Source: Aeromonas phage Aswh_1. From it: a stretch of 24,000 nucleotides of DNA. Location of the stretch: the sequence record MH791414.1; one strand, written 5' to 3'. Position numbers and translations under genes: made by a program. Below the pieces are notes generated by a model, which did no database searches, was not told the DNA's origin, and saw only the letters and a program-made list of their open reading frames with translations. The number at the start of each line of letters is the position of its first letter. Position 1 is the first letter of the stretch. This document shows positions 5,902 through 14,777 of the stretch, piece by piece.

Positions 5902-8184
5902 TCATTTGGATTGGGGGAAATCATCCCCCAACACATTTTTGTTAATTTCATCTTTCAGAACACCATCAATTGTAATATAGCTGAAATTTCTAGTTTTAGT
6001 AGTCATTAGAGTATATGCCATAATGTGGTCTTTCTTAAGTTTTTCTGTGAAATCTGTAATTTTTTGGGTTTGTTCCAACTTGACCTCAGAAACAATATTC
6101 CCATATTTTCCCATGTAGTCAGCAGGTAGGATAGTCTCACAATATCTAAACAGGCGGTCAAGGTAACCATCCCAATCTTTTTTAAGACTCAGTTTGAAAT
6201 GGCTAATAATCTCTTCTGTATAATTATGTAGTGTTAAGTCATTAATGAAATAACCTACTTTATCTTTCGAGAATTGTTTTTCCAATTCACTTTGCATGAT
6301 TTTGGAAATATCAGATTTATCCAATCTCTTCAGATTTTTATTCTTTTCGGCTTGTTTAGTATGTACCTTATTGAGTTTGAAAACATTCTCTTTAAGGATA
6401 TCACTAACCATTGCCAAAATGTAATCTTCTACTTGAAGATTCATTTGTGTTTCGTCTGAGTCAACAACGTGTCCGTGGATCATACCCACATAATATCCAG
6501 AAAGGTCCTTGATGTCTTTTGAAACACAATAAATCTCTTGAATTCCAGTGTTTGGGGAATGGTATTTTACGTTTGGTTTACCTGCCCTGCTTTCTACAGG
6601 GTTATTTTTTCTCCATTCCTTCCGGCGTTCAGATTGAAGTTCCTTTTCGCGAGCAATGATATCCGGTCCGTACTTTTCCCAAACCTTATTTGCATCAACA
6701 ACTTCGATGTCATCTTTGTGATATCGTTTTGCGATCTCAACAAAGACGTCTTTAACGATTTTGGAAATCCTCTTATTATAATGGTTAGTATTGAAAACAA
6801 TCATAGAACCATTATTAATGTAACCTTCTTCGTGAAGCTTCTTAAGCTTTTTTCTGTACCCACGTGCATCGGTATCAATTAATACCATCGCAGCATTCAA
6901 ACGGAATTGGTTATATCTCGGGTCAACAAAAGAATCCATCACATAAGTATAAGCATCCGAAGAATACCGACTTGAATGATAAGCACGTTTTCGGTTGTAG
7001 ATCCTACCGTTGGTTGTCCCCATTCCTGATGTGCGATAAGTAGTGATATCTTTATTTTTTGGATCATCCTTAACAAGGGAAAGATACCTCAACCAAGGAC
7101 TCGAAAGTTCAAAGGAATTATAGAACTTTTCCCAATCCTTCAACGATTTACCGTTGTGGAAAATATCATTACAGATTTTACTGAAAATAGAATTACCCTG
7201 ATCAAGTTTTTTGATTGCATTAATCTTAGCTCTTGCGTCTTTTTGACCTTCAATCGCTTGATCTACCATCTTAATAACTTGGTCGTTATACGTCTGGAAA
7301 TACGACTTCAAGGTTTCCATCGTATGTTTATCTAGGCTCAATTCTTCCCGGTTTGGTAGCATATTAACAGAACCCATCGGAAAATCTACAAATCGTTTCG
7401 CATGGGGCGGGAAGAATATTTCTGCCAGCGTATTTTCGAATACGTCTCGTGGGATTTCATAAGGAACACCACCCATCACCGCATACACACCAGATTTATA
7501 TAGTTCTGGTGAAGAACAATCGTTATTCTCCCAATCTTTATAATTCAAAAGATCGATAGACATCCCTTTATAGTTCGGGTAATAACCGTTCTTATCAAAT
7601 GTGAAGTACACATACTGACTTTCTTTGATGAAGGTTGGAATATCATCTTCTTTAACCGGAATGACGATTTCAACGCCTGTAGGCTCGTCTGAGGGACCTT
7701 CGAACACAGGAACACAGTTTGGTTCACCGTCGTTCATATAAATGCTATAAACGGTTTTGGTGCCGTTAAAATAGGACGTTACGGTAAAGTTTGTAGTGTA
7801 GCAAAAAGGACTTTTCGAACCTAGACCAAATGCCCCGATAAAATCGTCTGATTGGTCTTTAGACGAAGCAAAATAAGTTGCGAAAAGTCGAAAAATATTT
7901 TCTTTATCAAGACCAATCCCGTAATCTCGAAGTTTCCATTGGAGATCCAGAATAGAAGGGAGAGTAACATCAAAATATTTTGGTGGACTGCCGCCTGCTA
8001 GTTCCAAGGCTTTATGACCATCGATAGCGTTACAGCTCAACTCACGAATAAAAGCACGGATCTTATACTTATACAACCCAGAAGAAAGAATTGTATAAGC
8101 TTTCTTGTTAAATTCCATCCCATAGGTACGCCCTTCTTCCGTAGTCGAGCTATGGACCGGGGAGTGATGTTCAACCATTTTCAT
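5902..8184 (-). CDS. rIIA: rIIA-like protein (760 aa), GHKL-type ATPase N-terminal region
   Basis: IRELSCNAIDGH (GHKL N-box like), GIGLDKEN, GAFGLGSKSPFCYTTNF (G-box like); adjacent to rIIB as in T4. Confidence 0.93.
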   Translation of the reverse strand: MKMVEHHSPVHSSTTEEGRTYGMEFNKKAYTILSSGLYKYKIRAFIRELSCNAIDGHKALELAGGSPPKYFDVTLPSILDLQWKLRDYGIGLDKENIFRLFATYFASSKDQSDDFIGAFGLGSKSPFCYTTNFTVTSYFNGTKTVYSIYMNDGEPNCVPVFEGPSDEPTGVEIVIPVKEDDIPTFIKESQYVYFTFDKNGYYPNYKGMSIDLLNYKDWENNDCSSPELYKSGVYAVMGGVPYEIPRDVFENTLAEIFFPPHAKRFVDFPMGSVNMLPNREELSLDKHTMETLKSYFQTYNDQVIKMVDQAIEGQKDARAKINAIKKLDQGNSIFSKICNDIFHNGKSLKDWEKFYNSFELSSPWLRYLSLVKDDPKNKDITTYRTSGMGTTNGRIYNRKRAYHSSRYSSDAYTYVMDSFVDPRYNQFRLNAAMVLIDTDARGYRKKLKKLHEEGYINNGSMIVFNTNHYNKRISKIVKDVFVEIAKRYHKDDIEVVDANKVWEKYGPDIIAREKELQSERRKEWRKNNPVESRAGKPNVKYHSPNTGIQEIYCVSKDIKDLSGYYVGMIHGHVVDSDETQMNLQVEDYILAMVSDILKENVFKLNKVHTKQAEKNKNLKRLDKSDISKIMQSELEKQFSKDKVGYFINDLTLHNYTEEIISHFKLSLKKDWDGYLDRLFRYCETILPADYMGKYGNIVSEVKLEQTQKITDFTEKLKKDHIMAYTLMTTKTRNFSYITIDGVLKDEINKNVLGDDFPQSK
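5911..5931 (-). promoter_or_regulatory. perfect inverted repeat at the end of rIIA, upstream of the rIIB ribosome-binding site
   Basis: TTGGGGGA-5 nt-TCCCCCAA, 8-bp arms, inside the last codons of rIIA and just before GAGG...ATG of rIIB. Confidence 0.6.
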
Positions 8185-8208
8185 TATTACAAATTCCTCA
8201 TAAATTTA

Positions 8209-8481
8209 TTAGACAACAGACAAAAATTGCTCAACTTCATCAGCAGAGAAGTGATAGATAAGACCATCGATTTCTTGTGGTTCGCCATCGATATCAATAA
8301 CAAACTCGTTACCAGAAGCCCAAATATCAACACCGACCAAATAAAAAGTATCGATACCTTCTTTATCTAGAAAGTCTACGATTTTTTTATTACCCAAAGC
8401 ACCAGACTCTAGAATTTCACCATAATTAATGAATTCTTGCTTATGATTTTCGCTTTTGAATCGAAATCGCATATTATGCAT
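8209..8481 (-). CDS. hypothetical phage protein (90 aa; start MHNMRFRFKSEN)
   Basis: Track ORF trimmed to the Met preceded by GGAGA; ends just upstream of rIIA. Confidence 0.7.
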   Translation of the reverse strand: MHNMRFRFKSENHKQEFINYGEILESGALGNKKIVDFLDKEGIDTFYLVGVDIWASGNEFVIDIDGEPQEIDGLIYHFSADEVEQFLSVV

Positions 8482-8482
8482 T

Positions 8483-8815
8483 TTATTTCTCCATTTCATG
8501 GTCTAGATAAAGATCTAGCCATTCATTAGCCAGATCGTCAAGGTTTGGATTATCATAACCTAAAATCAATTTCCAATCAACCGTTTTTTGGTTTATAGAT
8601 TTTTCATTTTTGATTGCTTCGTGTAGCTTCTTAATCTCGATTAGAACTTCATCAATCTGTTCAATATCGTTTTCTTCACAAAACGTCTTCCATTCTTGGA
8701 TTTGAAGTCCATACCAAGAGTATAGCTTATCACGAATAAACCAAACTGGTTTCTTTTTTCCGATGGATACAGTGTGGCTCACTTTTTTTGATAAGTCAGA
8801 TAGATTAGATCTCAT
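8483..8815 (-). CDS. hypothetical phage protein (110 aa; start MRSNLSDLSKK)
   Basis: Track ORF begins inside the topoisomerase gene; the first 34 aa read through the intergenic hairpin/promoter region, so the start is revised. Confidence 0.6.
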   Translation of the reverse strand: MRSNLSDLSKKVSHTVSIGKKKPVWFIRDKLYSWYGLQIQEWKTFCEENDIEQIDEVLIEIKKLHEAIKNEKSINQKTVDWKLILGYDNPNLDDLANEWLDLYLDHEMEK

Positions 8816-8824
8816 ATTTTCACC

Positions 8825-8858
8825 ATTGTATGATATTGGGGTTAACAATGTCAACCCC
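8825..8858 (-). promoter_or_regulatory. candidate sigma70-type promoter (TTGACA - 18 nt - TACAAT) embedded in an inverted repeat
   Basis: Minus strand GGGGTTGACATTGTTAACCCCAATATCATACAAT; the -35 lies inside the hairpin GGGGTTGAC-ATT-GTTAACCCC, between the topoisomerase stop and the next gene. Confidence 0.5.
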
Positions 8859-8867
8859 TTTAATATA

Positions 8868-10874
8868 TTACTCTTCGTCTTCCATCCAATCTTTTCTGAG
8901 GGAAGAGATTTTACCAAAGAACATTTCTAGGGATTCATCTGACTTCGTATCTACGTCAATCACCTCCAGATATGGGTCTCGAATACACTTCTTGTAATCT
9001 TCCAGCTTTAGCTGACCCAAACCTTTAATGTGTTTATGTACCCAACCCTTTCCAACGAACTTTTTGTTGTTGAATTCGTTGGTATCATAACACCATACGG
9101 TTTCTTTACCTTTAGTGCTGATATACTCAGGTGTACGACATACCAACAACCGACCTTGATCGATGAAATGTTTCCAATACTTGTGGAACAGAGAAATTAT
9201 CAATGGGCTGATATGACCTCGACCATCCGGATCCGCATCCACTAGAATAGCAACATAATCATAATTTGCAGATGTGTTTCGTCTAACCCCTGATTGTTGC
9301 CGATAATGCTTAACATTCGGACTCATTTCACGGATCCACTCAACCCCGGAGATTAAGTCCCTTGCTTGTTTCCAAACCCCATTTACAAGAACCTCGTCGT
9401 TTTCAGCAACAACTAAATCCCCGTTTCGATAAAAGTCTCCCGGTGGTTGCTCTTTGTTTTCATCAAGGGGCATACCCATGATCGAAACGATCTCCGAGAT
9501 TTCTTTATTCTTCATCACCTTGGCGATATTGTCCTGTTTATGAACAGACAACAGTTTACCACGAAGTGGGAACCCGCCTTGTGTATCTTTATCTCGACTA
9601 GATGCAAAAAATCCAATTGCGGAATCACCTTCTGTCAAGAACAGAGTTGTTTCAAAACCCTTTTTACCATATTTGTTTGCTGCAACGTGCTTTGGTACGT
9701 TAGAAGATAATGCCTTCTTTTGTGCCTTTGTTGCAAGTGCTTTTTCTATTGCATCACGCTTGGCAATTGCACTCTGTACAATTGGCATGATCACCGATTC
9801 GTTAGAGATAACCTTTTTGGCTAATGACTTGAAGTCAATATCACAATGGTCCTTGATTTGACCGTTTGAGTTACTAAGTCTTTCTTTAGTCTGCCCATCG
9901 AATTTCGCACCAACGAAATTACGTAGAGAGATAAAAATCAAGGTATTTTCTTTAATACGAGCCTTGTTAATTTCGACTTTAAATTTTCTCTTGATCATAG
10001 GTGTTAGTTCATCACACAACCCGTTGATCAGATATTCAACATGGTTCCCACCTTGTTTAGTGTGGACACCGTTCACATAGCTTAGTTGTCTGAATTCGTC
10101 AGAAGTTCCGATAAAGAAAGAACAATTATCATTTTCAAAAACGATAGGGTCCCCGAAATCTGAAGAGAACTTTTTGAGCTTTGATTCTACACGTTTTTTG
10201 TTAAATGTAAACTTTACTTGTGGAAATAAAACAGACAGGATTTCCACACGAGAACGGATAACGTCTATTAGATCATCACAGATGTTAAAAACGCCAAACT
10301 TCCCGATCAGATCTGGTATAAATTCAACTGTTGTACCCTGTTTCCCGCCTTTTGTTGTCGAATAGTCTTGATTTTCTGCGTTTTGGGTGCAATAGATTGT
10401 TACTGTGTTTTTCCCGTCGCATGTGGACGCACGAAACATAGTCGAATATAGGTTTGTAAGTACAGACCCAACACCATTTTTACCAATCCCTTTTCTTTCT
10501 TTATCGAAGTTGCCACCGGATCGGGCGCGAGTATAACAAGCCAATGGGTAAGGGATAATCTCACCTTCTGGGGTTTCCACATCATACTGAGGGATCCCAC
10601 GACCGTTATCCGCGATGGTGATGCGATTTTCTTGATCGTCGATTGATACATCAATTTTATTTGCAAATTTAAAATCAGTGCGGATTGCTTCATCTACAGA
10701 GTTATCAATAATTTCATCGATAATCTTTGCCATACCGGGAATATATCTTTTTTCTACGAATGTACCGTTATCCAAGACGACATGTGTCTCTTCAGATACA
10801 GACCCAATATACATATCTTCGTTCATAAAGATATGTTCATAATCTGATAGAATTTTACCTTCTTGTTCCTTCAT
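8868..10874 (-). CDS. 39: type II DNA topoisomerase large subunit (GyrB/gp39-type ATPase plus TOPRIM), 668 aa, single ORF
   Basis: EIIDNSVDEA, DNGRGIP, GGNFDKERKGIGKNGVG (GHKL); LFLTEGDSA and ILVDADPDG (TOPRIM); C-term HKHIKGLGQL...DYKKCIRDP resembles T4 gp60. Confidence 0.95.
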   Translation of the reverse strand: MKEQEGKILSDYEHIFMNEDMYIGSVSEETHVVLDNGTFVEKRYIPGMAKIIDEIIDNSVDEAIRTDFKFANKIDVSIDDQENRITIADNGRGIPQYDVETPEGEIIPYPLACYTRARSGGNFDKERKGIGKNGVGSVLTNLYSTMFRASTCDGKNTVTIYCTQNAENQDYSTTKGGKQGTTVEFIPDLIGKFGVFNICDDLIDVIRSRVEILSVLFPQVKFTFNKKRVESKLKKFSSDFGDPIVFENDNCSFFIGTSDEFRQLSYVNGVHTKQGGNHVEYLINGLCDELTPMIKRKFKVEINKARIKENTLIFISLRNFVGAKFDGQTKERLSNSNGQIKDHCDIDFKSLAKKVISNESVIMPIVQSAIAKRDAIEKALATKAQKKALSSNVPKHVAANKYGKKGFETTLFLTEGDSAIGFFASSRDKDTQGGFPLRGKLLSVHKQDNIAKVMKNKEISEIVSIMGMPLDENKEQPPGDFYRNGDLVVAENDEVLVNGVWKQARDLISGVEWIREMSPNVKHYRQQSGVRRNTSANYDYVAILVDADPDGRGHISPLIISLFHKYWKHFIDQGRLLVCRTPEYISTKGKETVWCYDTNEFNNKKFVGKGWVHKHIKGLGQLKLEDYKKCIRDPYLEVIDVDTKSDESLEMFFGKISSLRKDWMEDEE

Positions 10875-10880
10875 TTTACC

Positions 10881-11231
10881 TCACTTTAAAAAACCATAAC
10901 GTTTCAGGATCTCTACTGACTTTTCGTCATCGAGAGAAACGGAGTTATATCGATTATTTATATTCAACTCTTTGTACATAGTATAATTGATTTCCGGAGG
11001 AACATGGATATAGTTTGTCAAAAAGAATGCTGGTTCGTAATCGGCTTCGTAGCAGATGTAAGATTGGTTTTCAATAAATTTCAGATCGACCAACTTATAT
11101 GATCCGCAAATATCACCATTGATACTTTTTGTACTTACCCAAAACATTCGAGCCGAGCAGTATGGTTTTTCTTTTAGGCGGTCTTTTGCGACCTCTACCA
11201 GTTCTGGCCTGTGTTGATGTTCAAAATTCAT
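10881..11231 (-). CDS. hypothetical phage protein (116 aa)
   Basis: ORF track, co-directional. Confidence 0.7.
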   Translation of the reverse strand: MNFEHQHRPELVEVAKDRLKEKPYCSARMFWVSTKSINGDICGSYKLVDLKFIENQSYICYEADYEPAFFLTNYIHVPPEINYTMYKELNINNRYNSVSLDDEKSVEILKRYGFLK

Positions 11232-11250
11232 GTGTGTTCCTCAATAAAGA

Positions 11251-11269
11251 AAGGGGATAGTCTCCCCTT
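11251..11269 (-). terminator. intergenic hairpin, probable terminator
   Basis: Minus strand AAGGGGA-GACTA-TCCCCTT followed by TCTTTATT; overlaps the stop of the 11268 gene. Confidence 0.55.
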
Positions 11270-11642
11270 AAATTTTTTCGAGATAATAACTAGAAGTATC
11301 TTTTGATTGGTCTTCTACCTTTGTTGCAATGTAAAACGCCTGACGGCTACCATCTGCAACTATATAATATCGGTATACAATGTATTGATTGTATACATTT
11401 TTGGTATAGAAATAATCGTCACCAATGATATATTCAAAGAATTCCTTTGTTAGATGAGATCCAATTATCACAGGTAGTTCAACATTAAGGTTACCGTTAC
11501 CGGTCCCGCTGGATACCCTGACACGACACGAATTTTCTATGGATGGTCTCACGAACCAACTATCTTTATTGAAATCAAATGGGTTTTCTGGTGATATTGG
11601 GAAATGTTTAATCGCCCATTCTTTAGCAATTTCTCTATGCAT
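11268..11642 (-). CDS. hypothetical phage protein (124 aa)
   Basis: ORF track; TAATG overlap with the upstream gene. Confidence 0.7.
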   Translation of the reverse strand: MHREIAKEWAIKHFPISPENPFDFNKDSWFVRPSIENSCRVRVSSGTGNGNLNVELPVIIGSHLTKEFFEYIIGDDYFYTKNVYNQYIVYRYYIVADGSRQAFYIATKVEDQSKDTSSYYLEKI

Positions 11643-11815
11643 TATTCCACCTTGGAGTATACAACAACCCCATCATATTGTTCATATTGACAAACCAAGG
11701 ATCCGTCTTTGTAGAAAGACATGATGTGACCATCTGCATCATAAGAAGTTTTGGATTCCACACCATCAGCATAAGCCAGTTCTTCGAATTCTTCTTTAGT
11801 GATATCTACCATCAT
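11642..11815 (-). CDS. hypothetical small phage protein (57 aa; start MMVDITKEEFEEL)
   Basis: Track ORF trimmed to the Met preceded by GAGG; begins just after the dexA stop. Confidence 0.6.
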   Translation of the reverse strand: MMVDITKEEFEELAYADGVESKTSYDADGHIMSFYKDGSLVCQYEQYDGVVVYSKVE

Positions 11816-11819
11816 TTTA

Positions 11820-12482
11820 TCATCCTCTTTGTGAATTTGGGTCAACATCCGTTGGGATTGGTTCTAACCCATACGAATATCGTTTTGAGTACAGCAACAT
11901 CATAACATCCCTTGCTGCATCATGCAATGAATTATGTTTTGTGAACCCCGGTAAACTACCTACCGGGAGCGGGCAATAAGTCACATCCCGAGATAGGTTA
12001 GATTCTATCGCAGTCCTAACTTCACGGAAATTGTTAAACATCACTGGCATGTTATCAGTTACTTCGTCATCTTTCAAGTGATAAACGCAACTAAACCAAC
12101 TACGTAGCCAAACGACATCCATTTCACCACGAGTCCAGATATGAGATTTCTTAAATTTAACACCGGTATCTAGGAAGAACTGTCTCAACTCTTCGGCGGA
12201 TTCGTACAAAGACTTATCCTCAGATGAGGGTTTTAGGAGAAGTTTAGCAGCATCCCCCTGTTTTTTCCACCACGCCAGCGTACTCTGGCTATATGTTCTA
12301 CCAAGATATTTTTGCGACTTGATGTTAAATTTAAACTTTTTACCACATGCAACTAATTCATTAAAATTTGGAGTATTACTTGGATCCATTATAAACGGAA
12401 TTATAGAAAATTCAACAAGAATCGCATTTTCAACTGTATTCAATGATTCGAAGTCGATTAGGTAATCTGTTATCGGGTCCAT
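11820..12482 (-). CDS. dexA: DexA-like 3'-5' exonuclease (220 aa)
   Basis: Matches the T4 DexA layout: DYLIDFESL, NELVACGKKFKFNIKSQK...TLAWWKKQ, WTRGEMDVVWL, REVRTAIE, TYCPLPVGSLPGFTKHNSLHDAARDVMMLLYSKRY. Confidence 0.88.
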   Translation of the reverse strand: MDPITDYLIDFESLNTVENAILVEFSIIPFIMDPSNTPNFNELVACGKKFKFNIKSQKYLGRTYSQSTLAWWKKQGDAAKLLLKPSSEDKSLYESAEELRQFFLDTGVKFKKSHIWTRGEMDVVWLRSWFSCVYHLKDDEVTDNMPVMFNNFREVRTAIESNLSRDVTYCPLPVGSLPGFTKHNSLHDAARDVMMLLYSKRYSYGLEPIPTDVDPNSQRG

Positions 12483-12985
12483 TACGCTGTCCCCGAAGAT
12501 CCAATCCCAGCATCACCACGAGAAGTAACATTTTCAAACTGTTCAACACGATTAAATTTCAGTTGGTTGAATACCGGGATGAACACCATTTGACAGAACC
12601 GTTCCCCTGCTGGGATATGAAGAACCTTATTGAAACTAATGGGGTCTTGTTCGTTTACGTAATGTTCATTTCGAACCTTAACCATGATTTCACCTTGATA
12701 GTTTCCATCAATCAGACCCACGGTGTTAGCCAACCGAGTATAAAATTTGAAACCAAGACCAGAACGAGGGAGGACCATGGCAGCAATACCAAGACCCGGA
12801 ACACCAGTATCAAATTGGCTCATATCAAATCGCATACCAGTATTGACAACAATTTCTTCACCGGGTTTCAACATAATTGGTTCTGGTGTTCGCAAGTCAA
12901 TTGCCGCATCACCGTCGCGTTGAAAATCTGGCATCACATCATATTCGAAACCACTAATAAAATTCATTTGCATTTCATACCTCAT
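12482..12985 (-). CDS. dut: dUTPase (deoxyuridine 5'-triphosphate nucleotidohydrolase), about 167 aa; start revised to MRYEMQMNF
   Basis: AAIDLRT (motif I), VLPRSGLGFK (II), NTVGLIDGNYQGEI (III), AGERFCQMVFIPV (IV), SRGDAGIGSSG (V). The 48-aa N-terminal extension in the track ORF overlaps the 12975 gene. Confidence 0.92.
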   Translation of the reverse strand: MRYEMQMNFISGFEYDVMPDFQRDGDAAIDLRTPEPIMLKPGEEIVVNTGMRFDMSQFDTGVPGLGIAAMVLPRSGLGFKFYTRLANTVGLIDGNYQGEIMVKVRNEHYVNEQDPISFNKVLHIPAGERFCQMVFIPVFNQLKFNRVEQFENVTSRGDAGIGSSGTA

Positions 12986-13361
12986 TTTTAATTTTATCTG
13001 CCAAGAATTTGGCAAGTTCTTTCCTAGCCTGACCATAAAAGCCTTGATACATATCATCAATTTCGTCATATGCGATATATGGGCAGCTAGTAGAAATACC
13101 ATCGTTATATGGTACTGGGTACAGATCATTTCCAGAAAACAATTCCCATTCTACCCAATATCGTTTAAATACGTCGGATATGTCATCTTCATATCCACGG
13201 ATATACCTTTCGTCAATACAAAATTTCCAATCTTGGTTACAAAGACCAATCTCCTGACACCACCATTCTGGAAAAATACCATTGGATACATTTTCCAGAA
13301 TTTCCGAAACTTTCATCCCATAATCTTTTTCGTAATCATCTTGTTCATCATACATTCTCAT
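12975..13361 (-). CDS. hypothetical protein (128 aa), paralog of 13348..13668
   Basis: Core MKVSEILENVSNGIFPEWWCQEIGLCNQDWKFCI...GFYGQARKELAKFLADKIKNE aligns to the neighbouring ORF. Confidence 0.75.
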   Translation of the reverse strand: MRMYDEQDDYEKDYGMKVSEILENVSNGIFPEWWCQEIGLCNQDWKFCIDERYIRGYEDDISDVFKRYWVEWELFSGNDLYPVPYNDGISTSCPYIAYDEIDDMYQGFYGQARKELAKFLADKIKNEV

Positions 13362-13668
13362 TTTCCTTCAACTTCTTGGCTAGGAATCCGGCTAGACGCT
13401 TACGAGATTCGCCATACATACCGGTATATTTGCTTCGATTGGAATGATAAGCACCCCTAGCACAACCATCTTCATCATCAACGGGATAATCTTCAAACCC
13501 ACTAAATTCATCCCATTGATGAAAATAAAAATAGAAAATTTCTTTTACTTTATGATATTCGATACCACACATGAAATACCAATCTTGGTTACAAAGACCA
13601 ATATCTTTAGCCCAAACTGATGGGAATTCCCCTTGGCTTACCATTTCAAGAACTTCATAAACTTTCAT
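13348..13668 (-). CDS. hypothetical protein (106 aa), paralog of 12975..13361
   Basis: MKVYEVLEMVSQGEFPSVWAKDIGLCNQDWYFMCG...GMYGESRKRLAGFLAKKLKEN. Confidence 0.75.
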   Translation of the reverse strand: MKVYEVLEMVSQGEFPSVWAKDIGLCNQDWYFMCGIEYHKVKEIFYFYFHQWDEFSGFEDYPVDDEDGCARGAYHSNRSKYTGMYGESRKRLAGFLAKKLKENENV

Positions 13669-14729
13669 TATTTTAACCTCTTATGTCCATATTTTCGCCA
13701 TTTACTTAATGCATCAACCGCTCGTATTCCACTATATGTGTTTTCTCTAATAAATTCCATTATTTCGTCAACGGTTGCACCTTCGTCTTTGATCATATCA
13801 TTGATATCCTTTGAAGTCCAAGGACAATCAATCCATATGACGATTTTTTCGGATGCGTTTATCAGTTTTTCCATTCTCTTTATTGTATCATAAGATCTAG
13901 GTTCGTTGTCAAGTACCCATACCCGATTATTTTCAAATGGAGAGTCTTCTAATGCCATAGAACCACCCACAATAGCACAAGCGTTTGGGATAAACACACT
14001 ATCAATAGGACCTTCTAACATATACACGGTTTTTGATTCGTCAACCCGTTCCATTCCATAAACCTTTGACGCATCATCATCTGCCTTGATGGTCAGATAT
14101 CGTTGACTTTTTTCAACGTTGGTCAATGCCCGTCCTTGAATAGAAGAATATGTACCATCTTTATTATAAATAGGTATTACCAACCGATATTCTTTTTTGT
14201 CATCGTATTTATAAGTTTCTGGTTTAATATTATTTGCTAACTTCTTCCATTCATCAGTAAAAAAGAAAAGTTTGTGTTTGTCTTTCGGGATCTTGCGACG
14301 ATTTACCCAACCAATAACCGGGTGTGTTTCTGGCAGATCTGCAAGACAAATGGAATATGGTATTTCATTTTTCTTAATCTGTTCTTTCTTTACTTCTTTT
14401 TTCTTTTCTTGGTAAACAGGTTCCCAAGAATCCTCTTTGTTTGCATATTTTTCTTTAGCAAACTCTCTATACATTTCCGGTTCGTATTCGTATAGGTAAT
14501 TTGTCAGTTTCATGTTTCTGCCGCAGTTATAGCAGCCAAATCGAACATGACCCTCTGATTCATAAAACCAACCACGAGTTTTGTGATATTGTGTTGCACT
14601 ATCACCACATATAGGACACCGGAAGTTATATTTAACTTCAACACCGCGAGAGTGGTCGGTTGTTAGTTCCATCCTATAAGAGAGCATGGTTGCAAACTGT
14701 CTCTCGATTATAATTTGGTTAATCATCAT
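13668..14729 (-). CDS. 61: DNA primase, T4 gp61/DnaG-type (353 aa)
   Basis: CPICGD...CYNCG zinc binding; TOPRIM-like VYMLEGPIDSVFIP...VWVLDNEPRS; located near the helicase in T4-like order. Confidence 0.88.
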   Translation of the reverse strand: MMINQIIIERQFATMLSYRMELTTDHSRGVEVKYNFRCPICGDSATQYHKTRGWFYESEGHVRFGCYNCGRNMKLTNYLYEYEPEMYREFAKEKYANKEDSWEPVYQEKKKEVKKEQIKKNEIPYSICLADLPETHPVIGWVNRRKIPKDKHKLFFFTDEWKKLANNIKPETYKYDDKKEYRLVIPIYNKDGTYSSIQGRALTNVEKSQRYLTIKADDDASKVYGMERVDESKTVYMLEGPIDSVFIPNACAIVGGSMALEDSPFENNRVWVLDNEPRSYDTIKRMEKLINASEKIVIWIDCPWTSKDINDMIKDEGATVDEIMEFIRENTYSGIRAVDALSKWRKYGHKRLK

Positions 14730-14750
14730 GTTGTGTATACCTCTGGAAAG

Positions 14751-14759
14751 ATTATATCA
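14751..14759 (-). promoter_or_regulatory. candidate extended -10 promoter (TGATATAAT) for primase and downstream genes
   Basis: Perfect TATAAT with TGn, about 20 nt upstream of the primase ATG and just downstream of the terminator at 14778..14797. Confidence 0.55.
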
Positions 14760-14777
14760 CACCTATTTGGAAAAAGT

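Noticed and set aside
9447-9861. Short plus- and minus-strand ORFs nested within the topoisomerase gene (also 10400..10693 -)
   Set aside because: Fully inside an ORF with clear family motifs; no independent signals.
12985-13129. N-terminal 48-aa extension of the dUTPase ORF
   Set aside because: Reads through the C-terminal coding sequence of the upstream small gene in another frame and has no dUTPase-like content; start placed at about 12985.
13348-14729. Possible CRISPR array, tRNA genes or anti-CRISPR locus anywhere in the window
   Set aside because: No regularly spaced direct repeats and no cloverleaf-like segment noticed by eye on either strand; no basis for such calls.
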